A stretch of 64,000 nt of DNA from assembly GCA_965285935.1 (NCBI GenBank), contig OZ260666.1, forward strand, positions 3,162,001 to 3,226,000, in the 5' to 3' direction. Below are positions 1-12,036 of this stretch, piece after piece. The notes below the pieces were generated by a model that ran no database searches, was not told the DNA's origin, and saw only the letters and a list, made by a program, of their open reading frames with translations. Both the position numbers and the translations under genes were made by a program. The stretch comes from Ophelia neglecta. Taxonomy: Eukaryota. Numbering within the stretch: position 1 is the first letter of the stretch; the number at the start of each line of letters is the position of its first letter.

Positions 1-65
1 CAGCCAACTGAACCTCTAGCCTGCAGCCAACTGAACCTCTACCCTGCAGCCAACTGACAGCCTAG
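1..65. repeat. 23-bp minisatellite (CAGCCAACTGAACCTCTAGCCTG), cut by the window edge
   Basis: About 3 units visible; reverse complement of the array at 22945-23210. Confidence 0.9.
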
Positions 66-241
66 AGGAATACTGCGTTGAGGCATACAAACAGACCTAT
101 TCTCTAATAGCGTTAACGTTTGTTCCGGTCTACAGTATTTCACAACGGAGAACATTAATCATTTAAATGACCAATTAACTAAGTTTCCTCCCAGCCTAGC
201 ACAGTGCGGAAATCGAGCAATTATTGAGATCAGTACAAGCG

Positions 242-273
242 ATTGGCAGTTTCAGGAGACTATCATGACGTCA
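242..273 (-). promoter_or_regulatory. CRE palindrome plus CCAAT box (mirror copy of 22730-22761)
   Basis: TGACGTCA at 266-273 and ATTGG at 242-246; the same 19-nt spacing is kept in the inverted copy. Confidence 0.35.
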
Positions 274-2821
274 CGGGCCACTGCTGATTATCTGGTCCAA
301 ACTTAAATACAAACAGCTTTCTATAAATTTTCATTATAAAAACCTATCCATCAAATGTTTGAGTACTTGACAAAATTGATGATTCTTTAAAACAGGTTCC
401 CTTCAAAGATATGTTTATACTGCTGTCAAACAAGTAACTATAAGACGGTGATAAATGCACCGTTTGAAATATAGACATATCGGTATGCCAAGCCGGCCAA
501 AAGGAGGAATGCATATACATCGCGTTTTATGAGCATCGCGCGAAAATTTAGATCCCGGCAGTGTAAAATGACACACCTGTGCTTTTTATACTAACTCATC
601 ATCATTTAGTTTACCTATTTTTCTTCAAATAATTTTTTCGAACAACAGAAACAGCCGTTAACTATTATCTATATACTTTGTATCTTAGCTCATTCGTACA
701 TATGGCGCCTTTACTTGTGACACAAAGCCCCCAAACCCCATGCAATCCCCAACAACCCACCCCCAAACTGATGCCACCAAATTCCATATTTTTCTTGAGG
801 TCACATATTACAATTAGACCTAAAGCCTCAAGGAAACTGGCATTTAAAAAAAAACATTGTAATCGTTACAAATTCCATATACAAAGTAAATCATTATTCA
901 ACACGTCTGACGGATATATACTTGAAAGATAAAGATATAATATTTGCTGCAATTCTTAATAACTAAACAAATAAGTACGATTTTATTTTTGAAAAAACAA
1001 TTGGTATGAGTAGTTTTATATTTAGATTTATATACAGTGCATTAACCAGGGTTACTGCTTCAGTGGAGTTATTAAGTGGTGTCAAATTTACTACACCACG
1101 AATTGCAATAACGAAACCATTCGATGTACAGAAGAAATGTACTAATATTGAAATCAGATGGTCATCAAATGTTAAACCTTAGGCCATGAAAAATACAAAC
1201 TTTAGTTGGCCTGCTCGCGCGCCTAGCTGTTTCCTCCAATTTCTCTCAACAAACAATGTTTTGGATTGTTGTTGGTACTCAAGAAAGTTGCGGAATTGTT
1301 TTTGTTTTGATAAATGATTTTAGTTGTGATCAAATTATATCTTAAACTTAAGAGAAAGAAACATTGCTTTGATTGTTAGTGGAAATTTAGCATGTATATG
1401 TAACCTTTGTTTATTAAGCTGATAAATAAGATATCTCTTTTGTGGGCTAAGTGAGTGCGTGTTAATTTTGCGCCGTCTCCCTAGCTTTTCGAAAACGCTG
1501 CGACACTAACCAAAGTTCATACTTTGCATTGTCTTGCTCTATTTATATATATATTCCGCGAAATTATTTCTAACCAGTCCTAATTTATCAGGAAGCAGTT
1601 GGGATGGTTATTTATTCTCTTTCCGATAATATTTTCAGTGGTATATGTTCAGGATGATAATTATTTTCCCGCGTTAGCTATGTTCATGGCACATTGGCAT
1701 ATTGACACCACACCCTGCCGCTCGTTAATGGCTATAAACCCTTCTTCAAGCATAATATTTGGTTAAAATAATATGACGTACGTAAATGGGTGTAAAGATA
1801 TGAAGGAAGCTGAGCGTTTCCCTCAACCTGGTTTAGAAATATTACAAAGTCCGCCCAATCAAGCATTTGGAAAGGTTGTCAAGTTACAAGTACATTGCGT
1901 CAGCTGTCAATGCCTTAGCAAAAACGAGCGCCCTATTCTTTAGAAAGGCCCACATCCCAGCAATGTTCCGGATTCCCACCCGTTAGGAATTCTGGCCCCA
2001 AGTGCCGATCAGATTTAAATATTGTTTACTAGTTTAAGTGACCAACTGCCTCCATGGTTCTGATGCCATGCACTGTCCAAAAGCAGTCCCCGATATCCAC
2101 CCAAATTTTCTAATAATATTCTATTCCATCCATAGTCCCCCATCCCGTCCAAAAGCGATCCAAGTTCCAAATCCCATTCGAGGCCCCCGATACTATCAAA
2201 TCTCTTCAATCGCATCCGGAGTCCCCGATCCTACCTAAAGTCCCCAATCACAAGGTCTCAGATCTCCCCCAAAGTTCCGGATAGTACCCGAGATCTGCGT
2301 TACCACCCAAGCTCCTGACCTTACCCAAATTCCTAAATTTCACCTAGTATGCCATGTTCCGCATAAGTCACCCGTCCCATCCATATAACCTAACCCTATG
2401 CTTGGATGGTGCTGACCAAATCGCCCTTGATTTTCTTCCCCGCCACTGATCTAGTCCCATCCATTTTACACAGCCCAATAGCAGATTTAAAGTGCCCAAC
2501 TCCCAAGTCCCCGGACCCAAAGTCTCTGATTCCATTCCCCATCCTTGTCCCCTTCCGCTACTCTTGGTCCTCTCCCTCGTCGCTGATCGAATCCAAGTAT
2601 CTCACTCACGAACGGGACTACTTTTTTTCTTCCGGCTCCTATCCACTCTAGCATACAGGTACCTCAGAGGGTCGAGAATCGAACGGAGGCCGGGATCATG
2701 AGGAGATATTCCTACAGAATTCATAAAGTTTGCTTTTAAATTTATATTTTGGTTGAGTGGATGTTAGTGATGCGGAATATAGATAAGATATCCAGCATTG
2801 CAGGGCTTAAGTTAATCAAGA

Positions 2822-3629
2822 GGCTTGGGGGTAAATACCAGGGCACGAAAAGTTCTCACTAGCGCTACATTGAAGTCCCTTTACTATGCTTTTTTATATC
2901 AATATCTTGACTACTGTGTGGACATATGGGGGAGTGCCTGTAAAACATATATTGAACCACAGTTTATCATACAAAAAAGAGCAATCAGATTAATATGTGG
3001 TACGGACCGACTTGCCCATACGGCACCATTATTTTTAGAAGAAAGAATTTTACCAATTGATAGTATTTACAGATATAAATTACAAATATTGTTATATAAA
3101 CTAATGAATGGAATCCTCCCAATTGTCATATCTAGTTTGTATAAATTTAATTATAACATTCATGGTCATAGTACTAGAGGATCCAATAGCCTACACCTTC
3201 CAATGGTTAAAACTAATGTAATGAAACGCAGTATTATATACCAAAGTGTCATATCTTATAACAAATATAGGTCAGTCATCAACTACAACTGTTCTTTGCA
3301 TTCATTTAAATCATTTGTTAAAACAGTGCTCTAGCATTCCACATCAATAGTATGTACCAATATATCCCTAAAGCATTACCAGCACTCCTTTTGAATATTT
3401 TATATGAAGAATACTGTACTCTTTTTATTTATTTTGTATTAGCAAAATCATGTGTCTGTTGTATATATTTGCACAGGGTTCTGATGTACGCCATGACCAA
3501 ACGTATACTAATTATGTTCTCTTTATGAGGCCCATATAAGCTCCTAGCTTTCGTGGTCGCTTATAGTGATTTATATATCATTGTGTAAATATTATATAGT
3601 AACAATAAAAAGGATTGTCATAAAAAAAA
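2822..3629 (+). mobile_element. 5'-truncated CR1/L2-group LINE 3' end
   Basis: ORF 2825-3334 resembles the post-RT C-terminus (LYYAFLYQYLDYCVDIWG...QKRAIRLI...HTAPLF...SFKSFVK), followed by AATAAA and an A-rich tail. The flanks join without the insert in the homologous copies near 35125 and 63600. Confidence 0.8.
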
Positions 3630-3829
3630 GACACAATTTTACAACAAAGGAACTCCAAGCCCATCTAGCCGCAGTCCAGCACACCTTAGTCTAGTCAAAC
3701 TATTTCAAGTCATTCCTTGTTTTATTCCATCACAGCCAAATAAACAAGAATTAATTTTATTTATAGATTACTTGAAAGAAAATTGTGTGCTTAATAGTTG
3801 TCCATGATGATATGTTTACTCAAGTTTCA

Positions 3830-6453
3830 TCACATCTCACCTTGCCTGGCTGTATTCAAGTAAACCGGAGGTACTGGCATCCGACTCTCAGAATACCCGG
3901 ACGCGATAGAGCTGAAGCTACTAGAATATCCGTATTCACCGCTCTCTAGTAGGAAAACAAACATTTCAAACTTAAATCAGCGCGTTTTAAACAGGACAAC
4001 AACATTTCATTTTATCCTGGTATCCAAATCTGAATACATCATAAAATAAAATAAATTAAATAATCTTATTGTGGACATTGAATGAGGTCGAAACAAAATG
4101 TCTATACTATGAAATGTATTGTAGGATAAACTCGTGGTAAATATTCAAGATAAGGAAAGTCATAATGGATATCGGCTCACCGTCCATTTGAGGGTCAAAC
4201 ATGACGTTCTCTACCATGGTCGTGTCGTCATTTTCCTCATTATCGTCCTGACGGCCGGATTGCTGGTGATGGCAGCATGGCTCCTGACCGCAGCGTGGAT
4301 GGTGACCACACGATGGCTCCTGACAGCAGTACGGATGGTGACCGCAGAGTGGTTCGTGACGACATCTATGCACGTGATTGCCACTTGACACGTGACAACA
4401 GCGCTGCTCATGACGGCAACGTTGTTCGTGACAGCAGCCTGACACCTGACGACACATACGTTCGTGCGGACAGCTGAGCTCATGACAGTTTCTTTGCTCG
4501 TGTAGACAACCTGGTCTGGAACGACAGTGTTCGTCTGAAACGAGAATTGAAGTCGTTTGGGTTGAGGCAGCTCCATTTCTTTGTTTTGATTCTAGACCAA
4601 AAATAAGATTTATCTATACAGACATTCACCTTTGTCCTAGATTTTATGGCATGAAGGAGAGCATTTTGTTCTGTTATATATATGCGTTAAGGAATTATAT
4701 AAGACACTCACGTCGATAGCAGACCAGTATGATAAGGAGTACTACGGATATTAGGACACAAATTCCCGTGATTCCCACAATCAGTCCCAGAGTGACAGAA
4801 AGATGTACAACACCACCTGAAAAAAATCATAACTTCATGAAATAAACCAATACGATCGATGTATCAATTGATAGTAATTGCAGAAAAACACCAAATGCAA
4901 ATTTAGGGGAAGGGGGAGGGAAGTGTTGGTCTTCGGTCCACATTTTGTTTTAGCCAGTGTTTAGTAAGATGGGTTCAGCGGGGATCAGGGCGCTGAGTAT
5001 CGGACCTCACTCTGGGTGTGGACCATCATGCATACAGATAACCGATAACATGCACGTGTGAGTTCAATGACTTTCGGTACCTAAATTTGCAACGAGAATT
5101 TCATAGGTTTTAGAAACCACGTTGCTTAGCACGTTCAGTGTGCGTTGCTTACTTGAGTCTGACACTAGTGTAGAGCCAGCCTCTCTCCCTAGACAGGAGT
5201 ATTTATGGAACGGGTTCATAGTGCTGTGTTTCGCTATTATAAAGCTAGATTGGTTTGTTGTATTTCCGATAACAGCGCCATCTCGCAACCAAGTGTATGT
5301 CATCGGAAGTCGAACGTCTTCTGGCAAAGAGGTTGAAGTGACGTTACACATCAACTTAAAACCTTTTGTATCTATTTGGGCTGGAGATGGTTTTCCTGCA
5401 AAGAATCTGAATATGTTATCATTCAAATGAACCCAGCGAGGGCGATTAGTAGTAATAACGTGTGCTGCTTGGTATGACTCAAGAAGGAGCTTAATATGTT
5501 GACACATCGATTTTTCGCGGTTTTATTTACTGCTTTAGTGCAAGTATAAGAAAGAGCAACCTGTAGTTCATTTAACCAAGTATATCAAATATTGAAATTC
5601 GTCGAATCATTCATAAATTAATGAATTGCTCTATACAAAAGAAATATGTCCGCAGTTGCAAAATTAGTGTTATCTACATTGCTATACATTTCCCCTGGAG
5701 AAAAAAAATATGAACAAACAAAGGAGCGAAGATATTTAATACATGAGATACTACTTTAAGAGTTTAACCAACCCTGAAATATGCAATCTATGCATTGTCT
5801 AAGCGACTGTAATATATTAATAACTACATATATGAGACACTTCGTCAACAAGAAATAACATCTAATCTACACCTTTCAGGGCCGAGCGATTACGCAAAGG
5901 GAACTTACCCCAGACAAAAAGTGTATTGGTTTCACTATAGTTAGTACGACGACAGTTGTAGAGGCCAGCGTCATGTCTCGTGACATTTTTGAAGGTCATC
6001 TCTAGGCCGGTTTCAATTATCTTTACGTTGAGATGCTCACGACTGTATTTACTACTATTCCTTAATACCACACTCCCGTTCACAATGTTAAATGTGTTGA
6101 TATCGTTCTTATCAAAACATTTGAGTGGCTCTCTGCTATTTGTCTCAGGAAGATTCCACCACAATGTGGCCTTTTCACCAACATTCACTCTAGGGACTAT
6201 GCCTGAAGCAGCTGGAAATTGAAAGGCTAACTTTGTTTATTATTCTTTGCATACAATCTTAGTTCTTACCTTAAAAGCGGCCAGTTATGATGGATGATCT
6301 TGGGGTGAACACTTATGTACCAAATTAAAAATGTATTCTAAGAAATCTACAAACATCAATGTATAAAATCTGGTACTTACCACCAGGTGGTGTGCTCATA
6401 ACATCTGCTATCTTGCACAGACAGACTAATAGTACGATCGACTTTAACTCCAT
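3830..6453 (-). CDS. IgSF type-I membrane receptor, paralog A (~416 aa)
   Basis: Exons: 6453-6381 (signal peptide MELKSIVLLVCLCKIADVMSTPPG), 6211-5909 (V-like Ig, DAGLYNC), 5395-5153 (Ig2, LMC..YTWLRDG..YSC), 4816-4712 (TM), 4591-4181 (Cys/His-rich), 3945-3830 (ESGEYGYSSSFSSIASGYSESRMPVPPVYLNTARQGEM*). All introns are GT-AG phase 1 and the frame is open. Confidence 0.85.
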
Positions 6454-6786
6454 CACATGCAAGCTTATATTCACTGGCGCCTTAATAACAGGGTTTTAAT
6501 CAGCTGTTTGTTTATCAATACCCTTATCAATCACAGTGAATGTACGTTACCCTACAAAAAGAATAATATGCTCAGCGAGTAGCCATGTTGTTTGAAAGCC
6601 CATGTGAATTTAGTCCTGAGACCCGCGGAAGTTTAAGGTGTATATGCACTATTAATAACGTGTCCAAATGTGAAAATTATGGTAGGAAATAGTGGGTTGA
6701 TAACATACACCCACCGCTTTTCCACCAATTAAGAAGTAATCCAAATATGCTGTGTGCCTCTAAATGAAAATGTAGTAGATTATAAA

Positions 6787-6830
6787 TATATATATCGACT
6801 TAGAAACTTCCCGAACACACGACTTTCCGT
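6787..6830 (-). promoter_or_regulatory. Putative core promoter of A (GGGAAGTTTC then TATA-like box)
   Basis: GGGAAGTTTC on the minus strand at 6812-6803 and TATATATA at about 6795-6787; the block is conserved upstream of B and D. Confidence 0.4.
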
Positions 6831-9571
6831 CATTATCGTTGCGGGTTTTGGCAGAGACACTTAAGTAAATATTATTATATACATCATCTATGTAAATACA
6901 ACTTAATGTGGAAAAAGGGGCGTAGTTTTGAGGACTTGGAGAGGGTGCTTTGTTGAAGAGACTTAATGAATTGCTTTTTCTTAGCATATGGCAACATATC
7001 TTTCCCGCTGGACAGGTAAGACCCTTTCTTGGAACCCCCCCCCCCTCCTCCCACTCACCCCACCCTACCCCCTTCCCGATCCTTCCGCCCCAACCGACCC
7101 CCTCCGTAAGCGTGTGAGATCAAGGGCTCAGCTCCAGGTGGATGTGTAATGGAAGCCAGCATAGAACTCAGATGTATTAATGTATGTATATATCCCGGTA
7201 ATAAACAATACTACTTGACAAGGTCGCACAATACAGTGCCTACAGTAATAGATGTTCTGAAAATGGCTCATATAAGTTTATTGTGAACAGGGCTTATTGA
7301 TTAAGGCTATTTAACTGAGCATAGAAAGTTATGTTACTTTTAATTATATTGGAAATGCTTTCAGCACAATTCAAAGAATAAAACAAGCATTCTAAATATA
7401 AAGCCCTCGTATTACGGCCTTTTTTGTAAAAAGTAAAGAGATGCGGAGGTTTGACGGAGGCAAAACCCACGATCAAAACAGACGCTAGCCCTGGATAATC
7501 GTAACCCTCAGTCTAACCCTAAAATTAAACTGTATTCGACGCACAAATCTTCATCCACTAGTATGCTTCCTGAATTGAAATGACCTCTGCCCTCGCCTAG
7601 TCTCCGTAGCTTCGCGTTTAATCAATATCCCATATTAAGTCTCTTTCGTTTGTTGGGACTGAATCCCTTTCTTTATACTTACTCTCACTAATTAATGATG
7701 ATTATTTTCTCTTATTTAAAGTATTGATGGTCGATATATAAACATTATAAAGTAATAAACAATCTGAAGTGGATGTACATGTAAGTAACTTCAACATTGT
7801 AGCGGTCACTTACTTATTACTTTACCATCACCTGTTCTTTTAGCAGAACTAAATACTGTAATGAAGTAGGCAATTATTGCTGTTCTCCCAGGCTGTCAAC
7901 AGGTAGGAAATAGTGTAATTGATGTGATAAGCACAACTATTGGGTTTTTATGAGGGGAGTGTCATGTGATCAGCACCAACATGACGTTAGTAAAAGGGGG
8001 GTGTCATGTGATAAACACAACCATCGAGTCAGTATAGGGTAAGTGTCATGGGATCAGCACAAGCATGGGGTTACTTTAGGGCGAGTGTTATTTCGAAATC
8101 TACTAATTTATTTTGCAGAAAAATAACACATTGTCAATGTATGTTATATAATTCAACTATTAGATTTATGCTTTCCTACTGGAGTGTTGTACATTTCATA
8201 CAGGAATGTTGGACATTTCATACAGGAAAAAATAGTGTCTCAGACCATTTTAGGTAGTCCCGTCATACCACCTGCTATATGCAACAGACAGAAATTTTAA
8301 ATAGGAAACCATCATCTGGATGCTAATTTTTTATTAAAACACATTTTAATTCGCGTACAAAACCAATACTTTGCTTCATACATATGATAATATACGCGTT
8401 GACGGTGCTCAGAATGTTGATGGGTTTTGATGAATACTGGTCTGGTTATATTGAAGCGCCGAGGCACGCGGAAGCTTATAGTGTCAACAGTAGACACTTT
8501 GCCAAAATGTGAGAAATCCCATAGGAAATACCTTGTTGACAACATACGCCGACCAATGTCTTCGATATATTAGGTTAATCCACCTTCTAATTGTCACTTT
8601 CCATTTATCATAGGACAGTAGCAATAAGCGTGCAGCTATGCCTCTGCTATCTACATGAAATGTAATAAATGCATGAAATGCTCTCCTCCAGGTAACACTT
8701 CCAGGCACTAGTCTCGGGTAGGCGATAATGATTAATGGAGATATCTTCACGATACGATAATAGGTTTTTCCACATCACAAAGTGCGTGGGTTCGTTGTCG
8801 CGGACGTATGCTATAGGATAAAAATATATGTCATAAGCTACGAGGGTGTTAGAAAGTGTTTCCTAAATGCAGAGAGATGTAAGTTAAATTTCTATATTTA
8901 AAAATACAGTACACATTATCATATACCTATTGTAAACTTTTTTGTATGACATACTTGTTAATGTGTTGAGTGATATTGTCCATATTTAGCTTATTTGTTT
9001 GCTAGTTTCTGCCAGTCATTATATGAGAGATCATGCTGCCTAGGGAACTTGTACCCTTAAAAGTTCCCGCTGATTAAATTTATTTAGCAAGTGGTGGCAT
9101 GTTGAAAAATAGGCTCAGACTCAGGAATGAAAGTTTTTTTTCATTTACCAATCATGTTTCTTACGTACTGGGTAAATTTCACCATTAAATTTTTCTTTCT
9201 GTACTCTTGTGGACCTTCTACCCACGTTTATTAGAATACTGATGATGCTATACATGTCAAGGCCGAGACGCCCTGACTTAAAGATAATAACATGATGTAT
9301 GTGGCTTAAACATTCCCAGCAACATCAACGTAACTGTTTGAGTGTTTCAGGGAGCCTCGTGTCTATAATGTTTATGTTATAGCTAACACAGTGTGCTTGA
9401 TGATAATAAAAAAGAGCATGTATAATATATTGCTATGATATATAATGCGTTAATTGCATTGCTAGTATTTTTGTAAAGAATGATATTAAACAAATATGGC
9501 CTACAAGGCTCACGGTGAATTATGAGCGCCTTGGTTTACAGTCATGCTTCCGATTACTGAGCTTTTCTCTG

Positions 9572-9715
9572 TGATTATAAACAAATTACAGTAGTCCCTG
9601 ATTACAAACAAATTACAGTAGTCTCTGATTACAAACAAATTACAGTAGTCTCTGATTACAAACATGTTAAAGTTCCTCCTGATTACAAACAAGTTACAGA
9701 TCCCTCTGATTAACA
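9572..9715. repeat. 27-bp tandem repeat, ~5 copies
   Basis: CTGATTACAAACAAATTACAGTAGTCT units just upstream of the acceptor preceding gene E's ATG. Confidence 0.85.
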
Positions 9716-9771
9716 CAGTTTACCAACAAAGCTTATTCCTATTTTTCAGGACATCTATCAATAAGTTGTCT

Positions 9772-12036
9772 ATGATGAAGCCTATGAATATCATACTAAT
9801 CTTATTAACCTGCCAGAATATTTATGCGCTGGCCAGACAACCTGGAGGTAAGTAGAAAAATTATATAATTTGTAGATTGTAATAAGAATTAGACAAAAAC
9901 GTTTTCCAATAAGTGAGTCATTCGGCAAACATACTAGTAGCGTTAGGTTTAGGAAAAATATGTAATATGCCAAAGGAAAGCTTTGGCTCTCCCATTGAGA
10001 TTTTAGATGAGTTTTTCCTTACAAAACCAAAAACGGTATAAAATTTCCTAGCACTCTACAGAGGAAAGTGGTAATATATCAAGTATATTATGAAGCAGAT
10101 AAACATAATTCATAGCTGTATGTTGGGTGCTCACAAAATACTTCTGGGGAACTGGAGTTGATGAACATTACTGCTTTCATTGTCAGATATGTCTGATTTT
10201 ATAGTGTTGCAAATAGGTTATTGAGTATCATACTGCCACTGACTCGTGTCGCCACATCATCTTGTGTCCGTCTTTGGCCGTAAAGAATATTTCGACCTGT
10301 ATTGTTTGGTTAAGAGAATGTATTAATTTGGTCCTTTCAAAATGAAAGTTATTGACTACCTTTTCTTATGACATTTGTCAGCCGCCTATTGATTAAAGCG
10401 GCTAATTTAAAACAAAAAATATCGGAAGATAGTGTTTCGGAGACTTGCCGTATAAATACTCCCTCGAATAATTACTCAGTAAATTAGGTTAAACTTACCA
10501 GTTGATAATTGCATGAAAACTGGATTGTTAGCAAACAGGTAACTTTTATGATTTTCTCACCTACACGTCTAGAAGCAAAAACCAGAGTATACACTGGAAA
10601 CAACGCCAGTCTGTTATGGAGGCTGCCTGAAGCAAATATACAACCTGTCAAATGTTACTTCAACACAGAAACTAGTATATTTACAATCAAGGATTCCAAT
10701 GTAATATACAAGGGTGTCAACGTCTTCAAGGAGAGAATGAGCGGCACACTGACGAACAACACTTTTGAGATAACCTTGGTGAACGTCACCATGGAAGACG
10801 CTGGGACTTATATCTGCCGTAAAACGAACTATACCGTGACAAAGAAACTACTTGTCTCGCGTAAGATATGGTATTGTTAATGTTTCTGTAAAGAATTTTT
10901 ACATCTGTTTGTCTGGGGTAAGAGATGTAATTGTTAATGTTGAATATTGCTAAATACCATTAATTAACTTGAATACTTGTTCATTGAGGTAAGATATATT
11001 ACTGATAATGTATCAGTATATGAATTTAACACCTGCTCTCCAATTTTTCATTGTTATCCGATTTTACCTTCTTAATATAATAGTGTTTCGTCATGTGAAA
11101 ATAACTGTCAACTTTGATCTTATTCAAAGGATGAAAACACAAAACCTTTTTTGGAACTCAATGTTAAATGTCAAAGTGGCCATGGAGTCTAACTTACTGA
11201 AACATTACTGTCCATCTGTCCTATTTTGAACACATAGTTTTTTTTTGCTGTGGCTTTCACCATGCACAACACCTAACTACTTTTTATTGCTAGTGATATC
11301 AACTTTATATTTGCATATTTGTATTTGCACGTACTTATTTTGTTTGGTAGCTGGGGATTGATGTATGTTGGCCTGAAGCGGCTGGTACAAGATGATTTCA
11401 GGCCTATTGAATGGACTCTTCTTGTATTGAATAGTGATGTAGCTTTGTCTACCGCATAACCCTTTCTGTTTCTTACTCTCCTCTTCCATACAACTTGATA
11501 TTAAGACTGTTTCTCCGTGGTGCTTGTTTTTCGTGGTTACTCTCTGTACGCTGGAACAGACACAGGCGCTGTATTTTAATATATTTTTGTTCATATAGGA
11601 CTCACCGTTCGTTTACCGGATAAGAAGTTAGCCTCGTCAACTCAGTCCCCATTGGCTTTCCTCGCAATGATTCAATTACTCATAATACCTGTTATAGGGG
11701 TCCCCCTAACATTGGGCTGCTGTCTGTGTAAGTCTCTGTCTTTTTATTGATTCACGAATTTAAAAAGCCAGAATTGTAATCTTTGCTCCTGGCCATAACG
11801 CTTATTCATGGACGGTAAATTGAGATATTTAACCCATACTAAACTATACTTTCACAGTGAACCTAATTCAGTTAAGGTAGAAGACTATTGATTAGTCAAA
11901 ATCGTCATGCTTTACATTATAATGACAACTTCTGACAATTCTGAAACTTTGAAATAATAATCACCTTATTTTTCTGCCCTTTAGAACTGCAATAAAAAAA
12001 GGTGACCAGCCATCCACTGAAAAACATGAACAGTAG
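9772..12036 (+). CDS. Single V-like Ig domain membrane protein, paralog E (~187 aa), short Tyr-free tail
   Basis: Exons: 9772-9847 (signal peptide MMKPMNIILILLTCQNIYALARQPG), 10573-10860 (V-like: ASLLWRLP..VKCYF..DAGTYIC), 11599-11727 (stalk and TM PLAFLAMIQLLIIPVIGVPLTLGCCL). A tentative 19-nt exon 11858-11876 and last exon 11985-12036 give the tail LNLIQLRTAIKKGDQPSTEKHEQ*. The 3' exons are uncertain. Confidence 0.7.

Noticed and set aside
2406-2701. Recurrent ORFs in the 3' flank (also 20010-20548, 35109-35445, 63534-63722)
   Set aside because: Frames, starts and stops are not conserved between copies; this is non-coding duplicated sequence.
4181-4591. Stand-alone metallothionein or keratin-associated protein gene
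   Set aside because: Bounded by a conserved acceptor and donor and in phase with the TM exon; it lacks canonical metallothionein CxC clustering and is a receptor exon.
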